A DNA stretch of 64,000 nucleotides from Paraspadella gotoi (Eukaryota; Animalia; Chaetognatha): positions 21,782,010 to 21,846,009 of the forward strand of contig CM119268.1 in the NCBI GenBank assembly GCA_051294375.1, in the 5' to 3' direction. Shown one piece after another: positions 1 to 12,950 of this stretch. The position numbers were made by a program, and so were the translations under genes. Each line of letters opens with the position of its first letter. The first letter of the stretch is position 1. The notes beneath the pieces are model-generated. The model ran no database searches. It saw only the letters and a program-made list of their open reading frames with translations, and was not told the origin of the DNA.

Positions 1-3000
1 GTTCGACGTGGAGACGCCGCCGCCGACGACGACGCCGACGACGACGCCGACGACGACGACAGAGACGACGATGTTTGGATTCGCAGCGACAACGCCGACG
101 GTAAGGTCGTCGTTGTTGTTGTTGTTGTTGTTGTTGTTAAGTTTGCGGTTGTCGTTATCCTTATAGCTCCTGTTTGGTTTAAGCGATTACCCGTAAAATT
201 ATAACAATTTTTTTTTATTTATCAATTTTATAAAATTTTTAAATCAAAAATAAAAGCTTANNNNNNNNNNNNNNNNNNNNNNNNNNNNNNNNNNNNNNNN
301 NNNNNNNNNNNNNNNNNNNNNNNNNNNNNNNNNNNNNNNNNNNNNNNNNNNNNNNNNNNNNNNNNNNNNNNNNNNNNNNNNNNNNNNNNNNNNNNNNNNN
401 NNNNNNNNNNCAGCTTATAACCATAAAGTAATAAGTTTAATTCTAACCTAATACTTACCTATAAAGATAACCATATATTTTTTAGGATCCTTTCAAGCCT
501 GGTTTTAAGATAGAAACCCAAAAAATAGCTGTTAACATAATTTTTTTTAAAAAGTAAAGATTTTTATTCATAATTTTTTAAAAATTTTATAATTTTTTTT
601 CTATTAAAAATTGAAAAAAATTATATATTAAATAATATAATAATAATATAATATAATATATGTATTCATGCTAATCATTCATTCAAAAATCAAACTTTGT
701 TAATATAATATATATAATTATCAAAATATTTTTTTTAAATTTTTATTATAATACTTAATATTAATTTTAAATATTTAATAATTATTTTTTATTAGCACGG
801 TCTGCGATTTACACTTAAATGAGCGCAGCCACTCCAAGATCTTCTTTTTTTCCCTTTCACTTAATAATTCTGCTCAGAGAACAAAAGTTACTTTTTATTC
901 AAACTGACGAACAAGAATTATTTTTTTTTTGACAACGGACTTTCTTTGTCCTTACGTCCGTCCGTCCGTCGGATTGAATTTCTCTTTTATGTCAAAGGGT
1001 CGTATATATTTCTGGCGCGACGGGCGAGTTCCGCCCGCGGCCGGCCGTGCCGTTTCGGTTCTGGTTTCCTTCAGTCATTTGAGTCGACGTCGACTCAGAA
1101 TTTCTTTTCCAATTTCGAGGAAGTAAAAATATTTTCGTCGTCGTCGTCGTCGTCGTCAACTAGGCCACTTTCCGTGTGACCATGTGACAATTTTTTGACC
1201 CCGTGATCTCACAACGAAGGAAGATTCATTTTATTACCTTTCATTGTCTCTCTTTCTCTATCTTTATGTCTCTGTTTATGTCCGTCTGTCTGTCTCTCTC
1301 TCTCTCTCTCTCACTCTCTCACTCTCTCATTCTCTCACTCTCTCTCTCTCACACACACACAAACCGGTGACCCAATCCTCATGTTTAGTCGAAAATTCTC
1401 CCGCATTTTCTTGATTTTCGATTTTTCATATTTTATTTTGCTATTTATTTTTTTTTGCAATACCTTACTTACTTCCTTAAAAATACAAATCGTTTTATCA
1501 CGATTCGGTCAATAGCCAAATATGCTCCGCTCGAGTTGCTTCTCTTCCTTCAGAAAGGAATTTGATTTCCGAGTTTCCGCCTTTAATCTTTAATCCGCTT
1601 CGTCACGAGATATACTAGACGTTACTTCAAAATCACGAAAGATTTTATTACGTCTCATTTCTCTTACTTAGATTTGTTATATTTTAATATTTTTAGAATG
1701 AAGACTCGAACAAGAGTCGAAATATGTCTGTTTATACTAAATAAAATCGTTGTAGTACAAATCTAAACTTTGTTTTCGCCAACTACCACAATATTTTTGG
1801 TGTGTAATTACTAAATATAAAAAAATTCCTACCGCATTCTTGATCGTGAAGAGACAGTAATTATTGTTACATAAGCAGTCCCTGAACTTCGGATCAGGCT
1901 GTAACACCTTGTTACCCTCTTAACTGCTAGGCGACCACCGGGCTAGCACCCCGGACCTTGGGGTTGAGAGGCAAATGACTTGCCTCCAGCACCAATGGCC
2001 GCTGATGAACGGTTGGTGGATTTTAGTCCACCATAATTGCTTTTTTCTCTCGCGATTTTAAAATAATAATAATAATAATAATATTTATACCAAAAAATCA
2101 ACATTTAAATATTACTTAAATTTAATAAATAACTCATTTTTTTGCCGCCACATTTTTTTCTCAAATTCATTTCGCTGCCATCTTGTTTTTTTTTCCCCCG
2201 CGCTTTAGAGCCACGCCTCCATCCTGGTCTCGCCTCCTTCGCCGAATCCGACGTCGCCGGATTTCTGGCCGACGCAGCCGCCAACGCAGCCGCCGACGCA
2301 GCCGCCAACGCTGCCGACGCCGTCGATGCATCCGCCGGGTTATTCGCCGCTGCATGGGGCGACGTACGGGGAAACGCCCAATGACCAGGAGCATCAACAA
2401 CAACGACGACCATCTCCAATTAACAGGTAAAGAATAAAATGTTATTAAATTGGCAAAACCATAATTATTATAAATAAGTTATTTTGTCTCCTCACTTTGG
2501 ATTGGCTGTGAGATAATAACGTAACAGGACCCAACAACTACAAGCTTACAATCTATTTTTTCTCACAGTTTGTTGTTTATTAAATGTTATTACTGTTTTA
2601 CTGATCTGAGACGAAAAAAGAAAATGAATTCTACTTAAAATTGTATTAAAGTAAACGAAAGAAGTTTGGGTCACTTATCCCGTCTGTAAGTGTGTCTTGC
2701 CTCCATACTAAGTGTGCCAAGTCGGTCTGAAGGATTTTTCATCAGTTGCTTTGCATTCCCGAACTTTAGATCCGAATGAGACTTGAACCCGATCCTTTTG
2801 ACTTGAGCAAATTTTCAAATATACGGAGTGACTTAATTATTTTTTGTCAGAAATGATTTCTAAAGTGTGTTGAATATAACCTGCAGGGAAAAATCTTAAC
2901 TATCAACGTGATCGTGCCAGTCACATTATTCCATATTCCCAAACATCGCTTGTTGCCAAATTTTGACCCCTAATTCCTGCCATACAACATCTACCAAAGT

Positions 3001-6000
3001 AATATTATTTCCTCCTCCTGCTCCAGATCTCACCTCCTCCTCCACGCCACATGCTCCTCTCCCACTTCCCCTCCCCCACTTCCCACTCCAACTTCCCATC
3101 TCCTCGCCTCTCCCTCCCGCTCCTATCCCTCTCGCTCCCACTCCCCCTCGCTCCCCTACCTCTCGTCCTCTGCGCTCAACGGCTCCACCTTCGACGTGAC
3201 CCTCGACGCTTTGAAGGAGGAAGAGAGGGAGAGGGAGAAGACGAGGACGATTCAATCCGTCGACATGGAGAAGATGAGGGAGGAAGAGAGGAAGACTGGA
3301 TGGAGCTGGAGGGCGAGGCGGTTGCTGAGGCGTTGCTTCGTCAGGGAGAAAGTCCCGAGAACGATCTTTACGGGTAAGTGCTGGAGAAATCGGGGAGGGT
3401 AAGGAAAAAGGTCGGCTCATTTACGGACGGTTTAAGCTAAATTACGATGACTGAAATACAATTATTATCTTTATAGTGTCCAAATGATATTGACCGTTTA
3501 CTAAAGTAAAGTTCTTACCATTTCTTTGGGTATATAGGACTTTGTTTATTACTTTAATACAGATCCGGATACGGACAGTTGGACAAAGTTAGCTAACTTG
3601 TGTATTTGATAAAAAAAAATACAAATTTTTATAACACAATAAAAGCAACCTACCCTAGCTCCTTGTAATTTAATCAGAGGACGATATTGATATCTAAAAA
3701 AAACTGATTCCGACGAGGATGGGATTCGAACCCACGCGTGCAGAGCACATTGGATTAGCAGTCCAACGCCTTAACCGCTCGGCCACCTCGTCCCGTGTTT
3801 ATTTATATATATTACCAATAACTTTCTTTATCTCATAAATATCATATAATATCATAGAAATCTATTTAGTATAATAAAACAAACTCCGACGAGGATGGGA
3901 TTCGAACCCATGCGTGCAGAGCACATTGGATTAGCAGTCCAACGCCTTAACCGCTCGGCCACCTCGTCCCATGTTAATTTATGTATATTACCAATAACTT
4001 TCTTTATCACATAAATATCATATAATATCATGGAAATTTATTAAGTAAAATAAAACAAATTCCGACGAGGATGGGATTCGAACCCACGCGTGCAGAGCAC
4101 ATTGGATTAGCAGTCCAACGCCTTAACCGCTCGGCCACCTCGTCCCGTGTCCATTTATGTCTATTACAATAAATTTCTTTATCATACATATAATATTATA
4201 TATCATTATTATATTATTATATCATATAATCGTGCTAATCACGTATTCATCGACATCATTAATTATAAACAACTCAATCAATAGGTAAGCTTCGCGAAGA
4301 TCCTCGTCGCTTTTGCAGCAACAAAATCAGTAACACGAAATACGGTCTCCTCACGTTCATTCCTCTCTCACTCTGGGATCAATTCAAATTCTTCCTCAAT
4401 TTTTTCTTCCTTCTCTGCGCTTGCACTCAGTTCGTCGAGGAAGTTCGGGTGAGAACTTGTGGTCGCTCTTGTGGTTTTTGTGGTTAGTCTTGTGGTTGCT
4501 GTTGTGGCTGTAGTTGCTCTCTCTCTCCCCCACCCTCAGGTCGGCGAGATCTGGACCTACTGGGCGCCTCTGTGCTGCATCTTGGCTGTGACTCTGGCGA
4601 GAGAAGCTTACGACGACATCCAACGATGGAGACGAGATAGAGAGCTTAACTCCACTATGTATTGGAAGCTGGTTGGCCAGGACTTGGAGGCCATAAGGGC
4701 GGAGGATATTAAGGTGAGTTGGGATTTATAGGCCATCAGGGTGGAGGATATCAAATTGGGCCATGATTTAGGGGCTATTTGTTAAGATGATATCAAACTG
4801 GGCGGAGATTTAGAGGCCATCAGGGCAGAGCGTATCGAGGTTGGCAGGGATTTAGAGGCCATCAGGGCGGGGCACCTCCACCACCTCCACCATCCCCTTA
4901 AATCCCAGGTGGGCGACATCATCTCAGTGGAGAAGAACCAGCGCGTCCCCGCGGACTTCCTCCTCCTCAGAACGACGGAGGCGACGGGATCCTGTTTCAT
5001 CCGTACGGATCAGTTGGACGGAGAAACGGACTGGAAGATGAGGATCGCCGTGCCGACGACGCAGGCGCTGGAGGAGGACGCCGACTTGACGGGGTTGGAG
5101 GCGGAGGTGAGGGTGATGGAGTTGGAGTGAGTGATGGGGATGATGATTAAGACGTCATTGTTGGGGTTGGATCACATTATGATGAATATGATAATGATGT
5201 TGACGATGATGTTGATGATGATGAAAGTGAATGACGACGATGATAGCGAATATGATGATTGTGATAATGTTGATTGCTGTTGGTGATAATGGTGATAGCT
5301 TTGAAGTTGGATGAAGATGATTTTAAATAATTGTGATGTGTTGATGGCGATGTTAATGATTATGATGACAATAATAATGATACATACATGCAAAATAAGT
5401 TCCCCCCTCCTGAATATAGATCTATGCCGAGAAGCCTCACAAGGACATTTACAATTTTCTCGGAACCTTTCGAGCGACGACGACGACCACAACGACCACA
5501 ACGGCGGAGGAATCTCTCTGCGTGGAGAACATGTTGTGGTCAAACACCGTGGTCGCGTCCGGCACCGCTACCGGCGCCGTGATCTACACGGGACGAGACA
5601 CTCGCGCGGTGCTGAACACGAGTCAGCCGAGGTCAAAGGTGGGCAAATTGGACGACGAAGTCAACACTCTGACCAAGGTGGGTTTTGTGGTCGGGGAGTT
5701 TTATGGAGTTTTATAAAATTGGAAAAATTATCTATTCGTTCGATAAACTGGCTATTTTCCTATTGATATGGAACAATCTCTGAATAATAAGGGAACGAGA
5801 CTCTGCGAGTTTTGGATCAAGACTGTTTTATCAACAAACTAATGAAATAATGTAAATAAATTAATGTAATATAATGTAATGATGATGATAATAAACATAT
5901 ATACGATTCCCTTTATTCCTCCAGCTTCTATTCATCGCTGTTCTCATCGCTTCTTTCTCGATGATGTTTCGTGAAAATCAATTGAATTTTCACGACAGTT

Positions 6001-9000
6001 CGTTGATCTATTTCGTTCGCTTCGTGATGTTGTTGTCCTACATCATTCCAGTCTCATTGAGAGTCAATCTTGATGTGGCGAAGATCGCTCACGCCAGGTT
6101 TGATGTGGTTGGAACAATTATTTTGAGGTTTTTTGTTTTTTTTGTCTTGCTCTCTTGCTTTTGTTTTAAATTTAATCTTTTGGCTTCATATCTAAATTTG
6201 TTTTAAATCGTTTTATTTTTGCTTTCTATTTTTTTAGATTTTCTCTTGCCCTTTTGCTTTTTCATTTTGCCTTTTTAGCTTTTTTAAATTGTACTTTGTT
6301 TAACTTTAATTATTTCTTTCTTCATTCATTTCCTTTTTTTTTTATTCTTTCTTCGTCTATATATTTCAAAATATCCATCAACAATTGAAACAACCCCATC
6401 AGGTTCATCCAGCGGGACTCCAGCATCCCCGAGACGGTCGTCCGCAGCAGCACCCTGCCGGAGGAGCTCGGCCGCGTCCATTACCTGCTGTCGGACAAGA
6501 CTGGAACCCTCACCCAAAACGTGATGGCCTTCAAGCGGCTGCATCTCGGGACGGTCTGCTTCACCACCGACTCCATGGATGATGTGAGGCGTCACATCCG
6601 GGTCGGCCTCGATAGGATCGTCGAGCGGGTGGAGTCGCTCAAGAAGTGAGGGGGGGGTGAGAGAGAGAGAGAGAGAGAGATGTGATAGTAAAATAGGGAA
6701 ATCATGTCAGAAAAAGAGATAGAAAAAGAGCCTAACTTCACCATCCCCTTCTTTCTATCCGACTTTCCTTTCCCACCTCCCCTTCCCACTTCCCACCTCC
6801 CCTTCCCCATCTCCCCATTCAACTTCCTCTTCCCACTTCCTTCCCACCTCGACTTCCCTTCCTTCCCCTTCCCACTTTCCCTTCCCACCTTCCCTTCCAC
6901 CTCCCTTTTCCATCTTCCCTCCCCACACTCCTTCCCACCTTCCTTCCCCCTTCCCACTCCCCACTTCCATCTCCCCCTTCTCCTCTTCCCAGACCCCACC
7001 CTTCCTTCACCCTCCCGTCGACGCGCCCCGAGCCGCGCGCGCCAACCATCCGTCGAACGGTCGACGTCCGAGTCGTCGACGCCGTCGTCGCCATCGCCGT
7101 CTGTCACAACGTGACGCCGGTTTACGAGGAGTCGACGCCGGAATTGGCGCCGGCGCCGGCGGCGATCGGGACAGACGGACTTCGGTCAAGCGGGGTGAGC
7201 AGTACGGGGGGGCGGGGGGGAGAGGGGTTGGGTGGAAGGAGGAGGGGGGAGTAATAACGATGTGGAATGTTTTGTTTTGTTTTGTTTTGTTTGGTTTTGT
7301 TTTAGTTTGTTTTAAGTTTGTTTGTTTTGTTTTTGTTTGTTTGGTTTTGTTTTGTTTGTTTAAGTTTGTTTTAGTTTAAGTTTGTTTGTTTTTTGTTTTG
7401 TTCGTTTTGTTTTGGTTTATTTGTTTGTTTTTTTTGTTTGTTTTGTTTGTTATTATTTTATATCTGTGCTTGCGAAACATCGGTTAATTTATTAATTTTT
7501 TACGCACCTGGTTTTTGTTGCACTTAACTTTTTAACGTTCGGGTTCTTTTCATATAAAATTAATTCTCATTAGTTATTGATTATAATTAAGGGAAATTGC
7601 CTAACCTGTCGCTCATTAATCTCAACGGAGATTTGGAGAGCACAAAGATCGATGACATAGGTATGGAGCCGCGCATACTGAATGCATAGTACCTCAGTAC
7701 ATATCGTCTGATGTAGACTGTAATCTGCAAAAAGTGCAGGAAAAATTTAACCACAAGAAACTTATCAAATAGAGAACTAATAATTGTTGCCCTCACGCTC
7801 AATACAGAAATAAATATCCTTCGGGAGCAAAACGCTGTAACGGGTGATCCAATTTTTATGACCGCTTTAACCGCCAGTGGGATTATATCGGATAAAGATA
7901 TTAAGTAACTGATTTCAGCTGTTAATTCCGGAATATATCGGATCCATGTTAAAATATTAATTTCAACTTAATATTTTATTTTTTTCTTTACAGGAGCAAA
8001 CCTTAATCCTCTGGCCGGAAGCCAGCGCTCCTATCAAGCCTCTTCGCCGGACGAAGTGGCTCTGGTGGAGTGGTGCGAAGAAGTGGGGCTCGTGCTGGAG
8101 CAGAGAGACCGTAAATCGATGACGCTGAGGACGGCTGGAGGAAAGGCGCTGGAGTTCGACATCCTTCACGTGAGTTGATGTTGCTGTAGTGGTCGGTTGG
8201 ATAAGGAGATAAGATGTATTAGGGATAGGCGAGGAATTTGGATAGAAAGGATAGAATTTGGATAGAAGGGCATTTAGGTAGTAAATTATTCGATTATTTT
8301 TCTTTGATTTTTCTTCATCTTTATGGTGATTGTAATAAGGGTTAATTTTATGTATTTATAATTTATATACAATGTAATTTGTATAAATTGCGTTTTTAAA
8401 GACAAATTTATTGCAAAATTTTGTTGTTTTTTTCCAAATTTTGTATAAATTTACCACAGAAAATCTAACTCTGAGGCCTTTATTTTTCCTTTTTCCTTTC
8501 CCTTTTTTTATCAATTTCCTTTCCCCTTCTCCCTTTTTCTCTTCCGCTTTCCCTATTCCAACCCCTTTCCCTTTCCTTCCCCTTCCCTTACGCCTTCCCC
8601 TTTTCCTTCCCCCCCTTCCCATTCCCTCCACATCCCGCTTCCTTCCCATTCCATCTTACTGCCTTCCTCTACCCTTCCCCTTTTCCCCTTTCCCTTATCT
8701 CCTCTTTCCCCTTTCCGCCTTTTCCCCAACTTTCCTCCCTTTCCCTTTCCCCAATCCCCTTTCCGCGTTTCCCCATTTCCTCTTTCCCTTCCCCGCTTTA
8801 TCCTCTTCTCTCTTCCCCATCCCTTTCTCCCTTTTCCAATCCCACTTTCCTTGTCCCTTCCCTTTCCCCTTCCCCTTTCCCCTATCTTGTCCTTTCCTTT
8901 GCTCCTTCCCTCTTTCACCTTTCCCTTTCCCTTTCCACTATTCCCTTCCCCTTCCCCTCCTTTCCCATTCTCCTTTCCACAATCCCCCTGTTTCCCTTCC

Positions 9001-12000
9001 CCCTTCTTCCCTTTCCCTTACCAATTTCTCTTTTCCCTTTCCCCTTCAGGTGTCCGCTTTCAAAGAAGCGGAAACGAAGCAGAATGGGGATCATCGTTCG
9101 AAAACAGAAGAATCGGGGAGAAATAACTTTTAGAAAAAGGAAGCAGCATGTTGTCATGGCTAAGAATCGTCAAGCAAACGTAGTGATTGGCATGAATGAA
9201 AGAGCTGGGAGACATGGCGAGGGGAGGGGTTGAGGTTAGCTGATTGGCTGAACTGGAAGAGACCTGTGGAACATGGCGAGGGAGGGATTGAGGTTAGCCT
9301 GATTGGCTGAATGAAGAGACTGGGAAATGGCGAGGAGGGGGATGTTGAGGTTTGCTGATTGGCTGCATAATGAACGAGACTTGGGAACATGGCTGAGGAG
9401 GGATTGAGTAGCTGATGGCTTGAAGACTGCAAGAGACTGGGATTACATGGCGAGGAGGGATTCTGAGGTAGTAGCTAGAATTGGGGTAAATTGCAAAGAG
9501 AACTCGGGAACACTGGAGGCAGAGGAACAAAGATTGAGGTAGCTGATTGGCTGAAATGAAGAGACTGGGACATGGGCGAGGGAGGGTTGAGGTTACTGAT
9601 TGGCTGAATGAAGAAGAACTGGGAAGCTGGCGAGGGAGGGTTGAGGTTAGCTTGATTTGGCTGAATAAGAGACTGGGAACATGGCGAGGAGGGTGAGTTA
9701 TGCTGATTGGCCTGAATGAACGAGACTGGGAACATGGCGAGGGAGGGTTGAGGTTAGCTGATTGGCTTGAATGACGAGACTGGGAAGCATGGCGATGGAG
9801 GGATTGAGGTTAGCTGATATGCTGAAATGAAGAGAACTGGGAAACATGGCGAGGAAGGGATTGACGGTTAGCTATTGGCTGATGAAGAGACTGGAACATG
9901 GCGAGGGAGGGATTGAGGTTAGCGAATTGGCTGAATGAAGAGAACTGGAACATGGCGAGGGAGGGAAATTGAGGTTAGCTGATTGGCTGAATGAAAGAGA
10001 CTGGAAATGGCGAGGGAGGGATTGGAGGTTAGCTGATTGGCTGAATGAAGAGACTGGGAACATGCGAGGGAGGGGTTGAGGTTAGCTGATTGGCTGAATG
10101 AAGAGACTGGGAACATGGGCGAGGGAGGATTGGGGTTAGCTGATTGAACTGATATGAAAGAGACTTGGGCAACATGGCGAGGGAGGATTTGAGGTTAGCT
10201 GATTGGCTGAATGAAGAGACTGGGACATATGGCGAGGGAGGATTGAGGTTAGCCTGAATTGCTGAATGAAGAAGAACTGGGAACATGGCGAGGGAGGGGT
10301 TGAGGTTAGCTGATTGGCTGCAATGAAGAGACTGGGAACATGGCGAGGGGAGGGATGAGGTTAGCTGATTGGCTGGAATGAAGAGACTGGGAACACATGG
10401 CGAGGGAGGGATTGAGGTTAGCTGATTGCTGAATGAAGAGACTGGGAACATGGCGAGGGAGGGGTTTGAGGGTTAGCTGATTGGTCTGAATGAAAGAAGA
10501 CTGGGAACATGGCGAGGGAGGGGTTGAGGTTTAGCTGATTGGCTGAATGAAGAGACCTGGGAACATGGCGAGGGAGGGTTGAGGTTGAGCTGATTGGCCT
10601 GAAGAAGAAAGAACTTGTGGGGGGGGGGAAAAAACCAAGGCGAGGGAATGGGGTTGAGGGTAGCTGCATTTGGGCGAATGAAGAGACTGGGAAAATTGGC
10701 GAGGGAGGGGGTTGGAGTTTAGCTGATTGGCTGAAATGAAGAGACTGGGAAACATGGCGAGGGAGGGGTTTTGAGGTTAGCTGATGGCTTGAAATGAAGA
10801 GATCTGGGAACTATGGGCGAGGGAGGGTTGAGGTTAGCTGATTGCTGAGATGAAGAGACTGGGAACATGGCTGAGGGATAGGCGGTTGAGAGTTAGCTAT
10901 TGGCCTGAAAAGACGATTGGCACACATGCAGAGAGAAAGAGGGAAGTTAATATTGAATTGGATATAAGACTTTAGGACTCCTGTTATTGTCACAAGATGA
11001 TTGAAAGTTACTATACTTAACTACTATACTACTATACTTATGTTGAAGATGGTAAACAAATTACATAAATAAATAGAGGCGAGGCTTTGCCCCCAAAACG
11101 TTCTCCACTCTTCCCCACTCCTCCCCCTCAACTTCCCTTCCACTCCCCTACTATTCCCCTTCCACTCCTTCCTTCCCTCTTCTCCTCTTCCACCCCTTAC
11201 CCCCTTCCACTCCTTCCCCATCCCCCTTCCACCCATTCCACCCTTCCCTCCTTTCCCCCCCCACTCTCCCCCTTTCACTCCTCCCCCTTCCCACCATCCC
11301 TTTCCCCCATCCCCATATACCCCCATTCCACTCCTTCCTTCCCCCCTCCTCCACTCCTTCCCCCTTTCCGCTCCTTACCCCCAGTTCATCCACTCCTTCC
11401 CACTCCCCCCCTTCCCCCTTCCATCCTTCCCACTTTCCCCCCTTCCCCCATTCCACTCCTTCCCCCTTCCCCTTCATCCCCCTTCCCTTTCAACCCCACT
11501 TACCCCATTCCACTCCTTCCCCTTCCCGCTTCCCCACCACTCTTTCCCTTTCCCCCACTAACGACCCCCTTCCAATCCTCCCTCATCCACCCCCTCCCCC
11601 ACTTCCACTCCTTCCCCCTTCCGCCACTTACCCCCATTCCACTCCTCCCTTCATCCCTTACCATCACTCTTCCTTTCCCCCCTTTTACCCCTTCCATAAC
11701 TCCTAGTCCCCTCCACCCTTACCCCCTTCCTCACTTCCCTTTTCCCCCCCATCCTTGTACCCACTTTCCACTCCTTCCTCCCTTTCCCCCACCCCCCTCC
11801 TCACTCCCCTTACCCTCATTTCCACTCCTTCCCCCTTTCCAACTACCGCCGACTTCCCCCATTCCATCTCCCCTTTCCTCCCGCTTACCCCCATTCCACC
11901 CTTCCCCTCCCTTCCACCCTTCCCTTCCCCCTTCCACTCCTCCTCCCTTCCCCCCTTCCCCCTTCACCTCCTTCCACCCTTTCCCCCTTACTCCCCATTT

Positions 12001-12674
12001 CCACTCCTTCCCCCAGAACCCTCGTGGTGGGCAAAAACTCCTCAGCTCCGACTGCCTTACTCCAACCTTCGCCTAGCGCTCCACGAAGCCCAAGATGTTC
12101 GACGGATCGACGAAACGATCGAGTGGACGCCGTCGTGGAGACGATCGAGTCGGAGCTGGATTCTTCTTTGTCTACTGGAGTGGAGGATCGATTGCAGGAA
12201 GACGTGAGGGTCACGTTGGAGAAGATGAGAAACGCGGGCTGTCAAGATTTGGATGTTGACGGCTGAGGCTTGGGGGGGGCGGTTGGGGGGGGACGGATGG
12301 TGGATCGAGATGAGCCACTAGAAGTGACCGAGATATATATATATTGAAACATTTTTGAAAATATTTTTACTTCATTGATAGGGAAGCCAGTACTCTGGGA
12401 GTGAATAAACGAGGCTGTGGTGAGAGTCTTGATTGAAAGCTTGCAGGGACCTGCTATGTAATCATTGTAAGAGTGAGGCCAAACAGCAAGCCTGTCAAAA
12501 GTCAGGGCAAGATAGCTTATATTAATTGATTGATAATTTGTATTGTCTTGTAATGTATTGATTGTATTTATTGATAGTATTGTATTGTACCAATTTCATA
12601 ATTCTCTCTCTAACTGTTACCTCTCTAAACTGTCTCTCTCTCTCTGTCACTCTTTCTCTCTGTCACTCTCTCTC

Positions 12675-12759
<85 letters not shown>

Positions 12760-12893
12760 CAAACTTGAAACGGGCGACCTGCATCGCCAGAGTTCTCGTC
12801 TCGTTGCTTCAACGCAACAAATTTGCGCCTTCAAGAAAATCAGCAAAGATTCTGAGGCGAAGAAGGAATTGAAGCGGTTCTCTGACTGGATGA

Positions 12894-12950
<57 letters not shown>

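Noticed and set aside
1995-2035. Second hammerhead (CTGATGA followed by hairpin tggtgga/tccacca)
   Set aside because: No GAAA box or cleavage triplet in the required position
8411-9049. 240-aa Pro/Phe-rich ORF (also 11087-12076 and 19474-20736)
   Set aside because: Pyrimidine tracts lack stop codons by composition; intronic or intergenic
9183-10910. CRISPR-like array
   Set aside because: No unique spacers, eukaryotic context, and the unit is ATP9 coding sequence
9050-12895. ATP9 as a pseudogene because of frameshifts in three exons and missing GT donors near 12262 and 12896
   Set aside because: Damage is concentrated in one block where the repeats also show random indels typical of unpolished long reads; exons outside it are intact apart from one possible indel near 7131
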